NCBI GenBank assembly: GCA_905331295.1
Contig: CAJNYD010000365.1
Span: 62,001 to 98,369 of the forward strand
Source: Rotaria socialis
Taxonomy: Eukaryota
Length of the DNA: 36,369 nucleotides
Direction of reading: 5' to 3'
Shown here: in pieces, positions 12,206 through 25,263 of the stretch
Position numbering within the stretch: position 1 is the first letter of the stretch
Layout: every line of letters begins with the position of its first letter
Notes under the pieces: generated by a model
The model's input: only the letters and a program-made list of their open reading frames with translations
Database searches by the model: none
What the model was told of the DNA's origin: nothing
Made by a program: the position numbers and the translations under genes

Positions 12206-15120
12206 TCTCCAACTTTCTGTTTCGAACTTATCTAGAATGAAATTAAAGCTGTTAATTTTTTATTCTTATTGTTTAGTATGAAATTAAAGAATAATACCCT
12301 GTACACTTAAATTGAAGTATAAACAGAAGCATTTTTATGATAAAAATGCATTTAGTTGATATTTCAACTTTCAAGTGCACCATTATAGTAGCTATCTGAT
12401 AGCCTAATTCATTCATGTAAAACGAATAACGGATGAATCACCGATGGATTAAACTATTTCTTTTTGTGTCTTTTTAGTGAATCGTTTAGCTTGAATTTTT
12501 GTTCTTTTCTTTTTTTTAAAGTTCTATTGTTTTCATAAATTCGATCATATTGTAACCCAGACGTTTCATCAACGAATAAATAATATCATTGCAATGTCCA
12601 TATAAAAGTTAAGATATTTAAAAAATTTTCCAAGACATTGCAATTGTAGCTCAAAATATATGCTCAGCAGAACGGAACTTGTATAGAAACTAAAATAGTT
12701 ACTTAGGCTCAGAAGTATTTTGCATTTAAGAAAACACATTCTAGCTTTCCTTCTGCTACGTAAATGAACAGTTATTAGTAAATTTTATAAAAAAAATTCA
12801 TAACTGTGTAAGTCTAAAACAAGATACCGATATTATCACAATGGTTCGTCTATGTAGTATATGTATTAAAGGCGTTTGAATTCAGTTTTAAAATAGAACA
12901 CATAATTTAATATAAAATATAATAATACAATAGCTCAAAATTTTGTCTATTGATGTACGACCAAACGATACTTTCTATGCAAATTGGTATGGTGTTTGGA
13001 TTGCTTCATAGAGTCATTTAGAAAAAAAAATCGAAACTCAACAGTATTATTTATATAGAATATTCTTTAATTGACAAGGTAGTCTATAGGTTAGTGATAC
13101 TTCTCTTAAAGATATTTATAGAGGTTTAGTGAACTCTCCACAAACGGCTGCAATTGAACGACTTTTGCTTTTTCCTTGTGGATCTACTTCAGTGAGAGAA
13201 ATAAAAAATACCTTCAAACTATTGACGTCTATAGTAAAACAAAGTTTTGAGTAAAGGAATAGGAAAAAAATTCATTTATTTTTCATTTGTTTCACACTCG
13301 CACGTGCCTGTCTATATGATTGTAAACAAAAGTAAACTTAATCAAGATTTAAAAAAAAAATAAGAACTTACTCTTGTTTTTGTACAATACAAGCTATGCT
13401 TCATAATTAATTACTAGGGTACTATTAGAAATATATCGAATTACATACTCAGTCAAAAGTATTCATACGTATTAAAGATAAAAACTCTCCTCGCAATCCC
13501 AATCAAAATAAAATTTAAAACACGATGAAACTACTGTAACTATAAAACAGATAACTCTGAAAAACATATTTTGGTTCATGTACTACTACCTGCTATTAAT
13601 GCAAGTGTATCGACGATGAAAAGTGTTAGGCGTAACATAACTCAATCCATATGAAAGAATCAAATTTGTAGATGATATGCCGATTAGACACATGTGGCAA
13701 GAATCGTAAACAAGTAGACAAATGATGGAAAAACAAAAAATTTAGTTTGTGCTCTTATGTTCCGAGAAGTACAATGTACAATCAACTTGGATGATAGCAT
13801 ATCAGAAGAACTGTATTAACACACAACTTGTTATCAGAACTGTTATGTTCTTTTCTAGTTTAACCATTGCTATGTATCTATTGCAAGAAAGAAGTCGAAT
13901 TTTCTACCCATAAACTCCCATTTCGCTTTTAATCTGAACTTTACGAAAAAAATATTGATTATTTTCGAAAACATAAAAAACTAAAGTCAATAGCATCTTG
14001 ATTCATCGCTGATTTCGATGACAATTAAAAAAAACGAATGCGCCTACATCGAAATCTCAACAACTGGCATTTTTAATATGAATCTTGTGAGATGCAAACA
14101 AATGCAATTCTAGGCGCTACTTTGAGCTGACTTATGATAAAGTAATCATGAAGAAAATGATTAGTAATAGCCAAGGAAGATAAAGCAAAATCAGAATACT
14201 ATGAATAGATGAAGTCAATGATGGTAAATAAAAATGCAATAGGCGTGCAGTGTAAATAAAAAATATAATGAGAATTGAACGAGTTCTTGTAACCAAGGAA
14301 GTTGAAATATATAAATAAGCACCAAAAGATATTTAGATAAGAATTTAGTCAAGATATGAGTAAGTATATACATACCAAGAAAGAAGAGAGAATATAGAGG
14401 ATAACTAATGTAGTAACATAAGCGACATGGATTTTATATTAGTACCCAAGTTTTCTTTTTTGAGAAATATTTCACTGTTTTCTTAGCACATGAATACAGA
14501 GAAACGCTTAACAAATCGAGTATCGATAGAAAAGTCACTGTTTCGAGAACAACAAGAAAAATAAAAGTTTACACATCTGTCGTGTAAGACAGAACGAAAA
14601 AATAAGCAACATGCTTTGTAAGACAAACTTTTTTCTACAAGAAACAATCATTAACATTTATTTGACTATTGAATTTGATAGATTTCAATCAAAGTACCGA
14701 AGTGAATACAGAGTATTTTCTATCTTTTGAAACAATCTGACACGAGAGTTGTTAATTCAGAAGAAAATAAAACCGAAAAATCTAATTCTACCCAACTATA
14801 CTATATACGCATCGAATCTATGGCTGTTGAATGGTCAAAAAAAAAGATTAAACATACTGTTTAACATGACTATTATCTCATAGGCTAGTTTTTTAAATAC
14901 GAAAATCATTCATTTTTTCTTTCACTCGTAAATGCACGTAAAACATATTTTTATGCTTTCAAAAACACTTCTTCCCTTCTAGAATACTTCATTCTAAAAT
15001 GCTCTCCCATTCAACTATTATAAACTTTTAATGTTTTGAATGAAAGTTGTAAAGTAACTATTTGTTAACCCTTATAGAAACAATAAAATAAATATTAAAA
15101 AAAAATACGAGTCTCTAAAG

Positions 15121-15600
15121 AAAAATATATCATTATATGACGAAGTTTCCATAGTAAAAACTTCTTGACTCTGTGTAAAAATGCTAAAACTTCGATGAAA
15201 GTTTTTCAATGTAATCCTTACTGGTAAAGATTGTTCATAAATCTGATTGTTTTTTTCTATTCAAAAGGGTTCCTTTTTTTTATAATTTCAATGCTCATGA
15301 AAGAAATGTTATGTGTTGTTCGTGTTGTCGATACTTATTTATAACTCAATCACGATTTGCATTAAACGAGAGGTCGTTTCCGGCAACGTTCATTGGATGG
15401 GTGCACGTGTTTGAATACTGAAAAAAATTCCATGTAAAATAATATCTCGTTTAGTTTCATTAATCCTTACGTTGAGATTCACATTCACGGAAACGTTCAA
15501 GTTGCAGTTAGAATTTTTCAACTTCGTTTTCAAAATGTATTTTGTATCGATGTCATTTCTGATGTTCTCTCATGTTATCCTGTTACTGGATAACCGTTTT
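15121..15600 (-). pseudogene. Possible decayed multi-exon gene, head-to-head with HtrA2, unidentified
   Basis: Two intron-like segments of typical size (15470-15418, 15221-15171), both starting GTAAGGATTA and ending pyrimidine-rich CAG. Flanking reading frames look coding (HFENEVEKF*LQLERFRECESQ) but contain stops. Confidence 0.25.
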
Positions 15601-15800
15601 TATTTTAGCTTTTGTTGATTGAATACACTTAAAAGATCTTAAATATAATGATCAAATAAATTCTATTTTGTAATAACTAAAATTTCTGATCAATATAAAA
15701 ATAAATTCATAATCATAATTGTAAAGTGAAACTTAACAAGAATCGTGCCATTCATTCAATTTAATTTTGTATCTGAAGACATTATTATTTGTTGTTTTAT

Positions 15801-15843
15801 TAGCCAATCACAAAAATAATTGATTAGCTAATTCCATTGGCTA
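15801..15843. promoter_or_regulatory. Cluster of CCAAT (NF-Y-like) boxes upstream of HtrA2
   Basis: TAGCCAATCA (15801-15810), near-inverse TGATTAGCTA (15821-15830) and CATTGGCTA (15835-15843), 60-100 nt before the ATG. Confidence 0.5.
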
Positions 15844-15905
15844 AATGTTTTAAACAATAAGATTTGATTCTCTGTTTGCATATATGTACGAAGAATCGCT
15901 GCAGC

Positions 15906-17224
15906 ATGTATCGTTTTGGAAGAATTCTTTTGAACCATCAAAAGTATTCATCATTTTATCTTCCACTGTTATCAACAAAAACTGAACAGTATTCCAATCG
16001 AATAAATTCAACGGTGCCATTTACTTTAATTTTTGCAGCAAGTTCCTTAAGTTTTTATGAAATCTATAAACGTTATCGTTTGTATGCAGCATCGACTAAT
16101 GAAACAATAGCTTCCACACCAAAAGGTCCATTACTAGTCGATGCGCAAAAACCGTTGGTTGAAAAAATTCCTTATTCAAAACAATATAATTTCATCGCTG
16201 ATGTTGTCGAACATGTTGCGTCTGCTGTTGTTCACATCGAAGTTGATCTTGAACCCATGCCATATTTTGGACATTATAGTTCGTCAATTGGTACAACAAA
16301 TGGTTCAGGTTTTATCATTAATGAAACAGGATTACTATTAACAAATGCACATGTTGTGAGAAATAGAAAAAATGTTAAAATTAAATTAGCCGATGGGCAA
16401 CGTTTTACTGGAACCGTCCAATTTGGTAAAACAAAGAAGAATCAATCGTAAAATTTTGTTCAATATATTTATTTTTCATTTTAGTTGATATGGTGGCAGA
16501 CTTAGCCGTCGTACAAATCGACTCGAATAAACAAAAATTACCTTATTTAAGTTTAGGCGATTCTGATAAAATACGTGCTGGTGAACATTGTATTGCTGTT
16601 GGTAGCCCACTAGCCTTATCAAATACGGTAACGGCTGGTATTGTTTCAAATGTAGGTCGAACAAGTAGTGAATTGGGTATATTTGGACGTGATATAAATT
16701 ATATTCAAACCGATTGTATGATAACAGGCGGTAATAGTGGTGGTCCACTTGTTAATCTCGATGGAGAAGTTATTGGTATTAATTCAATGAAAGCAATGAC
16801 TGGAATTTCATTTTCTTTGCCAATTAATTATGCAAAATTATTTTTAGCTGATATCGAAAAGAAAAAATTGAAACAGTCAACAACAAAACCAACAGCATCA
16901 GCAACTAGTCGTCGACAAACACGTTATTTAGGTATTAAAATGTTTTCATTAACACCTCAAATTGTTGAAGAAATGCGTTATCGAATGCCAATGACATTTG
17001 CAGTAAGTAAAGGCGTATATATTGCTAGTGTAATGTTAAATTCAACTGCACAACGTGCTGGTCTTCAACCTGGCGACATTATTATTGAAGTAAACGGACA
17101 TGATATTGAGACATCTGCAGATCTAATTAAACATGTTCAAGAAGATGAAACATTAAATTTAAAAGTTGTCCGAAATAATGGACTTGTATTTAATATTTTA
17201 GTCACACCTGAATCTATTGAATAA
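15906..17224 (+). CDS. HTRA2: Mitochondrial serine protease HtrA2/Omi-like, exons 15906-16425, 16485-17224
   Basis: Basic N-terminal leader plus a hydrophobic segment, YNFIADVVE, GSGFII, catalytic triad TNAHVV / DLA / GNSGGPL, and a C-terminal PDZ domain. Confidence 0.92.
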
Positions 17225-17296
17225 GGTGTTAATCGAATTTTTCTGTTTCTAGATGAAATATTAATTTAGGTTTTCGGTAAACAAAAACAAATAAAT

Positions 17297-20122
17297 ATGC
17301 AAGCAATGAGATTTTTACCTTGGATTCGACGATCATACACAAATCTACATGTAAATCGATTTCTGTAAGTTTCATAATCGAAATGTTCTGCAGGTTTATT
17401 GCTATGATTTTTTTTGACGAAAGAAAAAAATATATACACAATAGTTAACTTTTGAAAATAGTCAAACGTTTGAAGTTAACATGTGCGAATATTCCAACTA
17501 TAATATCAGTTGTAGTTTATGAATATCTTTTTTTATAATTTTTAAACTAAAATCTCTAGATCATAAATGTTTTGAATTGATTGAGAAAATATTGTATATT
17601 ATTGGAAATCAATCTAGGATATTTTTATTCAGATAAATCTCGCTAGTTGATAATAACAGTGTATTCATGATTCTTTGCTCATTTTCAACTAGAATTTAAA
17701 TAAAAATTCATTCTATATGCGAAAAAAATTAATTGTTAATTTTATTTTGAATGTATCCTTTTTTGTTTTCTTTTTTTTCTAACCGTAAGATCAAACAGTA
17801 CAAAACCAAATAAAGAAGTAACTCAACAAGTCCGTCCCACATCTGAAGAATCTAATATTGTACGCAAAGATCGTCCACGTCTAGAAGAAGAAGGCTTAGA
17901 ATATGAGTTTAAAAATGAATTAGATGTTTTACGTCATAAAGAACGTTTAACAGTTGATTCAACCAATACACAATATATGACGATTGTATTTAATGGAGAA
18001 TACGATCGAGATATATTAACATATCCTGAATTGTTAACTAAATCAGAATCAACTCAAATGAATACATTATGTGAACGCTTAAAAACATTTACAGATTCAA
18101 TAGATCGAAATAAAATTGAAAGAGATAATCATATTGATAAAGATATTTATAAAGAAATGTGTAAATTAAAATTACATGGATTAATTATACCTGAAGAATT
18201 CAGTAAGAACTATTTATTAGAATTTTTGTTCGATTGTAAATGTGTTTTTCAATAGATGGTCTTAGTCTAAATAGTCAATTGTCTGTACGTATGTTTGAAG
18301 AATTAGCGGTTAGTCCAACAATTACTACTCAATTATTAGCACATACAGAATATGGTGTTAGAAGTAAGTTTTTATTGAATATTTTTAAACAAAACACAAC
18401 TATCGATTGTTTCCAAGGTTTACTTGTCTATGGTACGGATGAACAACAACGTTATTATTTACCTGAAATGGCTAAAGGTAATATGATAGCAACAGCTTGT
18501 ATAACAGAAGCACAAAGCGGTAGCGATATAAGAAATATTGAAACAACAGCAACTGCAAGTGATACAGATCCAAATACATATACAATCAATGGAAAAAAGA
18601 TGTGGGTTACCAATGGACTCAATGCTAATGTATTTCTTGTTTATTGTAAAACAAAACAACGTCATACATCTGATGATTATGATGATCGTTTTTCATTTTT
18701 TCTTGTTCATCGTGATATGCCGGGTGTTTCTATATCACCAGCCATATCGACACTTGGTTTACGTGGTCTTGGTTTAACACATATTGAATTTAAAGATGTA
18801 AAAGTTCATGCCGGAAATCATTTAGTAGGACAATTGGGTGAAGGATTAAACATACTAAGAAATTTACACGGCTATGTACGAACAACGCTTGCAGGTTAGA
18901 AAAATGTCGTTTCATTTGTATTCTATCTTGATAGTAGAATTTTTTTAATATTCCACTATTCAACTAAGAACTCGAATTGTTTCTGAATATGAAATAAAAA
19001 GTTTTACTTTAATAAAAAATTTCAGGCATGTGTGTTGGCGTTGGTAAACGTCTAATTCAATTAGCATCTGAACGCGCAATTCAACGTGAATCTTTTGGTC
19101 GCAAATTAATGGATCAAGGTTTAGTTCAGAAACGTTTATTTCATATGGAAATTGATACTTATACAATGGAATCAATGACATACTTAACAAGTGGTATACT
19201 AGACTCATTTTCTATGCCAGTTATTTCAATTGAATCAGCATTAACGAAAATCTTTGCTACAGATCGTCTATATCGTGTAGCAAATGATTGTTTAGAAATA
19301 TTTGGTGTCGAAGGCATTGAAATAGGTCATCCAGTTGAACAATATCTACGCGATATACGTCCATGGTCTATGTTTGATGTACCAAATGATGTTTTACGTT
19401 TATTAACGTCATGGGAAGGTGTGATGAGTGTTAGTACAGTTGTTCATGATTTTGTACGAAAAATTCGAAATCCAATTCATTTTCCTGGAACAAAACTAAG
19501 ACATTTACTAACTGGTTGGACTGCGCAAGCACAAGCAATGCGTGCACCATTTAGTTTTAAACATGATCTCTGGGAAAAAGTAAGTATTCATATTAAAGAA
19601 AAGGCTATTTTTTCTTCTTCTACAGATTATCGATTTCCCTTTTCAATACATTTAGGTTCACCCAACTTTAGGTATTCCAGCAAAAGATCTTGAATATGCT
19701 GTATTTGTTTTACGAAATGTAACGAAAGAAACATTAACAAAATCTGGTCGTGATATTATCGATAATCAATTATATCTTAGACGTTTATCTGAAATAGTTA
19801 TGGAAATCTATGCAATGACAGCAATGTTAGGTCGTTCATCACGTGCATATTCGATTGGTTTGAAAAATTGTGAACATGAAACTGAAATGACTTTTCTGTA
19901 TTGTAAACATGCACGTACAAGAATTGATAAATTAGCCAAAGAAATTCATGAACATGGACATCAAACAGGTGACGAACATTTACAACATTTAGCTAAACGA
20001 GTAAGAGCTCATTAATATTTAAAATTTAAAACAAATAGTAAAAACTTTGATATTTTGCTTTTGCCTAGATGCTCATAGCTAAAGGTTACTCAATAACAAC
20101 ACCACTTGAACGAACATATTAA
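17297..20122 (+). CDS. ACAD9: ACAD9/VLCAD-family acyl-CoA dehydrogenase-like protein, multi-exon
   Basis: Exon 1 (17297-17364, MQAMRFLPWIRRSYTNLHVNRFL, Arg-rich targeting peptide) splices in frame to 17790. Motifs CITEAQSGSD, INGKKMWVTNG, LGLRG and SIESALTKIF are present, with the ACAD9/VLCAD C-terminal extension (EIYAMTAMLGRSSRAYSIG). Stop TAA 20120-20122. Confidence 0.82.
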
Positions 20123-20238
20123 ATTTAAAAAAACGATTTTTTTTCAGTTGATAGGAAATTGAACGTGTTTTGTTTTCTTTGTTTTAAAAATATCTCAGTT
20201 TTTTAGATAGATTTATTTGCTGTAAAAAATATTAGATC

Positions 20239-21488
20239 ATGGGTCGTCTAACTCCTGAAGTAATCGAAGCATCTCCTCAATATCTTAATCCTGTCGGTCA
20301 ATATGAACTCAGTTTACGAGGTAAAGAAAATCGGAAATTGATTTGATAAATTGTAAAATTATGATTATTTTTATAGACTTGAAGATTCCTGTTGTGGAAA
20401 ACTTGGGTGCAACACTAAATCAATTTGATACAATCGATTTTACAAATAATGATATACGTAAACTTGATGGTTTTCCATTTTTACCGAAATTAAAAACACT
20501 TTATCTTGCAAATAATCATATAGCGTAAGAAAAATCGATTTTAAATAAATTTATTAATAGATAGAGCTTCTCGTGTATCTAATGTCATGTACCGGTCTAT
20601 ATCATTAGAGAAAAGACAGAATTTTTAACTGTTCCAATATCAAGGATATCAATGAATAGTTCACGATGGTTTTCATCTGATTTTTATTGTTAAAATATAT
20701 TTTAGACGTATCGCTGAAAATCTACAAGAATATATTCCAAATTTGGATACATTAATGATTAATAACAATATGTTGCAAGAATTATCTGATATTGATCCAC
20801 TTGCAACACTAACAAAACTGACTCATGTTAGGTAAGATTCATTGTTGAATAAATAAGAAGAAAAAAGTGAATTTCATGTTTTACTAGTTTTGCTCGAAAT
20901 CCGATTGCGATGAAAAAGGATTATCGTCTATATGTTATTCATGCGCTGCCTCATTTGAGAACATTGGATTATAATGGAATTACTCAAAAAGTATTTATTT
21001 ATTTTATTCCTATTGAATTGATTATTATTCACTCGTCGCTTTCAGGAACGTGAAGCAGCTCGTAAAATCTTCAAATCCAAATCTGGTGAAAAAGCGAAGA
21101 ACAAACAAAAAGGAACTAATACATTTGTACCTGGTGGTGAGTTAGCTAAACAACAACAACAAGCGCCTCGAATGACAAAAAAAGATGCAGATGCTATTAA
21201 AGTTTTTATTAAATATTCTTTTCTTTTTGCACTTCTCATAATAAAATGAATAAACTTCTAGAAAGCTATTCAGGAAGCTAAATCAATAGACGAAGTGGAA
21301 AGATTAAAAACAATGTTACAATCTGGTCAAATGCCGCATTCCGTCGAACAAAAACAACATCAAAATGGTCATAAAACAAATACTGAAGCGATGGAACAAG
21401 AGCAAAATTTAGGTAATCAGCATTCTCCATGAAGCTATATATCAATTTGCTGTTTTTTATTTTAGGAAATACTTCCATGGAAACATGA
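20239..21488 (+). CDS. SNRPA1: U2 snRNP A' protein, multi-exon
   Basis: MGRLTPEVIEASPQYLNPVGQYELSLRDLKIPVVENLGATLNQFDTIDFTNNDIRKLDGFP..YRLYVIH..TFVPGG..AKSIDEVERLKTMLQSGQMP. Confidence 0.96.
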
Positions 21489-22173
21489 GTGATGTAGTGT
21501 TCTAAAAACTTCTTTTTTTACGTATCGTTATTGTTTTGTTCGTTCGTTATTGTTCATCTTCTTCTGTATACATGCCCGATGAGAGCAAAAAAACTTGTTT
21601 ATTCATTGTTTTTCAGATAGAAAATAAAACAAAGTATGGTGACGATTGAGACCAATGTCGTTCTAAACTTCGATTCTACATGAAAGAAAAATATTTTCAA
21701 ACTATTGACCAAGCACAAAATCACATGTCTGCAATTAGTTTAATCAATCAGAATAAATAAATCTTATATAAAAAAAAAAAAACTTTGAAAAAGATTCGAT
21801 GAATTTATTCTTACTTAGTAATGTATGTAGCTGATGGTCATGTTGTAGATTGATGTCACTATATATGCAATTTGTTGTAGATCAACTTCCGATTTTACAG
21901 TTTAATATGAACTTATTAATAAAATAGATTAATTTTTTTTATCTATCACATCTTGGTCTTAGATACATAAAAAAAAAGTTAAGGGCGATTTTATTACTTT
22001 TATAATGTAAATACAGATTAGTATAACTATTTTAAATATCTTATGTAAGTTTAAAATAGTTGTGTAATACGACACATGAATCGAATCTATCGATATGATT
22101 CATTCTGTTGATGAACTATTGAATGCTATTTAGATCAGTAGAATTTTACTGTCGTATCTAGTCGATATAAACG

Positions 22174-23961
22174 ATGACTAATAACAACACTTCAATCCCG
22201 CCCACTGTTAAATAATACGGTTAATAACAGTGCATCTAAATCTAATACGACTGCACTTTTATCGTGTTTGGTATCATCTTAGTCGCAGCTTTGTGTGCTG
22301 TTATAGGGGAGAAATATTGGAATCGACCACTTCGTGCTATTTTCACTTGCAAAAAGAATAAGCGTTCGAGCAGACCGTATCGCTTTAAGCGTTGCCTTTT
22401 ACTTGCATTTTTATTCAGTGCCAATATTGCCTATTTCTTAGCCAATCAACGTGCTGTAATGACTATGGTCATCATTAGTAAAGCAAAAGATATCATAGGC
22501 ACCATTATCTTACCGATTTACTATGCTTACAAACTAATAACCTGCTGCCAGGCTAAGCGACCAATTCTTGATGGAAGTAACAAGATTATCTTTTCTATCA
22601 TTCCCGTCTACAATGAAACGTTAGAAGAAATTACATATACAATGGACTCAATTATCTACAACTCTATCAAATGCTAGTGATCATTATTTGTGATGGCCAT
22701 ATACCAAACGTTGATTCTCTTATTGATAGAATGGACATAGTTGTATCAAATCTACAATATTGTTCTTGGAAAGGCACTGATGTTAATTGTGAGATTAGTT
22801 AAGGTTACCGTGGAAAAATACCAATAGTTATTCTTAAAAAAGGAAGAAATATGGAAAAAAGAGACCGTCGTATACTAGCTTATGACATATTCAATGCACC
22901 CAGGTAAAATGCAGCCCCATCTTTTACTAGTTTTAGAACTTCTATCCTTCAACAGATTCAACGTTCATTTAAAATTGGCGAATATCACTACATGTTCTTC
23001 GCTGATGCAGACAGTTTCATTGAAATCGGTTCTCTTACCAGTCTTATCGACGAGTTGGAATATCGCAACGCTGACGGCTCATGCGGACTCGTTATGGTTG
23101 ATTTTGAAAAACAATTTGGAGGATTCTGGAATGTATACCAAAATTTTCAATGTATATATACGGACAATACATTCGGCGTAAAGCTGAAAACATCATTAAA
23201 AAATGAGCTGCCTGCCAGGGTGTATTACTATGGTAAAAGTCGATAGTAGACTCATCAATGTTATAACTGACTATGGCACGATGCCACACACCAAGATGAT
23301 CTCATTCACACGACTGTTCAGCGATTGGGCACTGACCGTCGTCTGCCGCATCTATTTTTATTTAAAAAATTAAAAACAATGATGGTTGACTCAGCTGTCT
23401 GTTATACGAAACCACCTCAAAGTTGGTACAGACTTTTGACACAACGCCGTCGGTGGGGTAGTAACGCTTTCTTTAACATAATCATGAATGTTTACAGGCG
23501 TAGTATTCATCCCATCACTAGAATCTCTTCATGTTTCGATCTGATGAAAATGTGTCTGGTGTTCTTTCGCTTATTTAATTAATGCGGGTCTTTTTCTCAC
23601 TCAGCTGGTAACTCATTTTGATTTAAGAGGATTTCTCACACAGACAGGTATTCATTTGTATCCAACATGCTATTTCTTTCTCTTCTCAATCTTCAAAAAG
23701 ACAGTTCGTTCCAGTCTACATAAGATTCTTATTGGATGTCTGGTTAATCGTTGCATCTCTGGCCTTATTTCAATTAGAATAATGGCTACTGTCTTCTACA
23801 ATATTGGGAACTTTGCATGGGGTTCTGCGGCACCTGTCGAAATAAAATAAGAACAATCACCAGAGATCTATATCGTTCCAACTAGTGACATTCCTGATGC
23901 CGACTTACAGATGTTTATTGCACCATTGGATTCCACAGAAGAATCCATGCCCACTATGTAA
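22174..23961 (+). pseudogene. Intronless, frameshifted chitin-synthase-like GT2 glycosyltransferase
   Basis: Motifs spread over several frames: IIPVYNE, IIICDG, FFADADS, SCLPGCITMVK, LGTDRRL, TKPPQSW..LLTQRRRWGSNAFFN, C-terminal TM segments and NIGNFAWG. Multiple stops and frameshifts; no recognisable introns. Confidence 0.85.
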
Positions 23962-25263
23962 AAGCCGTCTTTAAGCTAACACTTATTTTCAGTAAAAAGT
24001 CTTTTATTATTATTTTTTATTAAATAAATTAAAATATGAATCGCAGTTATTTGCAAGAATTAAGATGATTACCTGTTTTCAGATACGAATTTCGTCATAG
24101 AATAGCAATTAGATGTTTTGCAGTAGACCAAATATTGCCTGTCAGACAGAATAATCCTTTAGAAAAGTCAATGATGACATGACTCTTCAAATTTTAGAGA
24201 ATTAAGAAAAAGGCACTATCAAACAAGAGAGAAAAATCACACTATGCTCAAACTTTCTAGTTACATTATGACCAATTGAAGATTCATACAAGAAATCAAA
24301 ACGTATTTAGTACATCGGCAAATATAATACTTAGGGGTTTGACTACTTTGTAATGAAGAATATCTCTCAATGAATGAAGCAGATTGTTTCATTTTTACCA
24401 GTATGAAATGGAATGTTCAGTTGTACTACATCAAGTGACACAGAACAGTTCATTACATTCATGGAAAGAATGGTACTTTTTCTTTCTAGTTTTTGTTCGA
24501 TAATCACACTTTAAAATAGTATGATTGAAGGCACGCTTCAAATTTTTCGCTCAGCATCACTTTTTAAAATAATAATTCATATTCGCGAACGAATATCAAC
24601 TAGAATTAGTAAGCAAAACACTGCTGATAATATCTCGTACATTTTGCTCCTCTAATATTCATTAGATATGATCAATATTGCCAAATAAGAATAAAAAACA
24701 TGGCAAAGAAGTATATATATATATATACAGATTAACGAGTAACAGATATGATATTTTCCATAATTAAAATTATGTAACACTTTTAAAAGATGGAATATCT
24801 AGATAAATGAAATATAAGACAAAAAAGAAATTTATAGCTGAATATTTGAAAAAAATATGAATTTCATTGGCGAAAATATTTATCGCGTGAGTCCCTATGA
24901 TCAGTGATTGTCATTCAGCAGACGTTAGGAGAAAAATTTGAAAAAAAGCACATCTTTTTCAAGATTTATAGCTATTTACAGTATCAATAAACACGATAAT
25001 AAATATAAATTCATTCGATATATCAATCATTGATTATCAATTTATCAATGTCATATTAAGATTTTCAAGTAAATAAATGTATATGATAGGCATGAAGCAT
25101 TCGCTGATAAATAGTCTTTGACCTGTGTTTGATAAGTGCGATGTTCTATGTTAGATGATATTTTCCGCCAACTATTTTTTATACTTATTTATATCATAGA
25201 CAAGATATCTATGCTTATAGAGAAAAAACAAGTATTCTGCTAATATCATTTGCTGAAATATAA

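Noticed and set aside
12206..12700. RFX X-box expected upstream of the ciliary gene STPG1
   Set aside because: No convincing GTNRCC-N-RGYAAC match found.
12300..15100. Long gene-free gap with short coding-like stretches (e.g. DIYRGLVNSPQTAAIERLL near 13110; hydrophobic LPWL segments on the minus strand near 14170-14300)
   Set aside because: Interrupted by stops and not assignable to any family by eye; needs BLASTx.
17753..17789. GTATCCTTT...TTCTAAC..AG resembling a U12-type intron
   Set aside because: Only 37 nt, too short. It is explained as the pyrimidine tract and branch site of the ACAD9 first intron.
24070..24480. Exon-like fragments downstream of the chitin-synthase pseudogene
   Set aside because: No consistent frame or recognisable motif.
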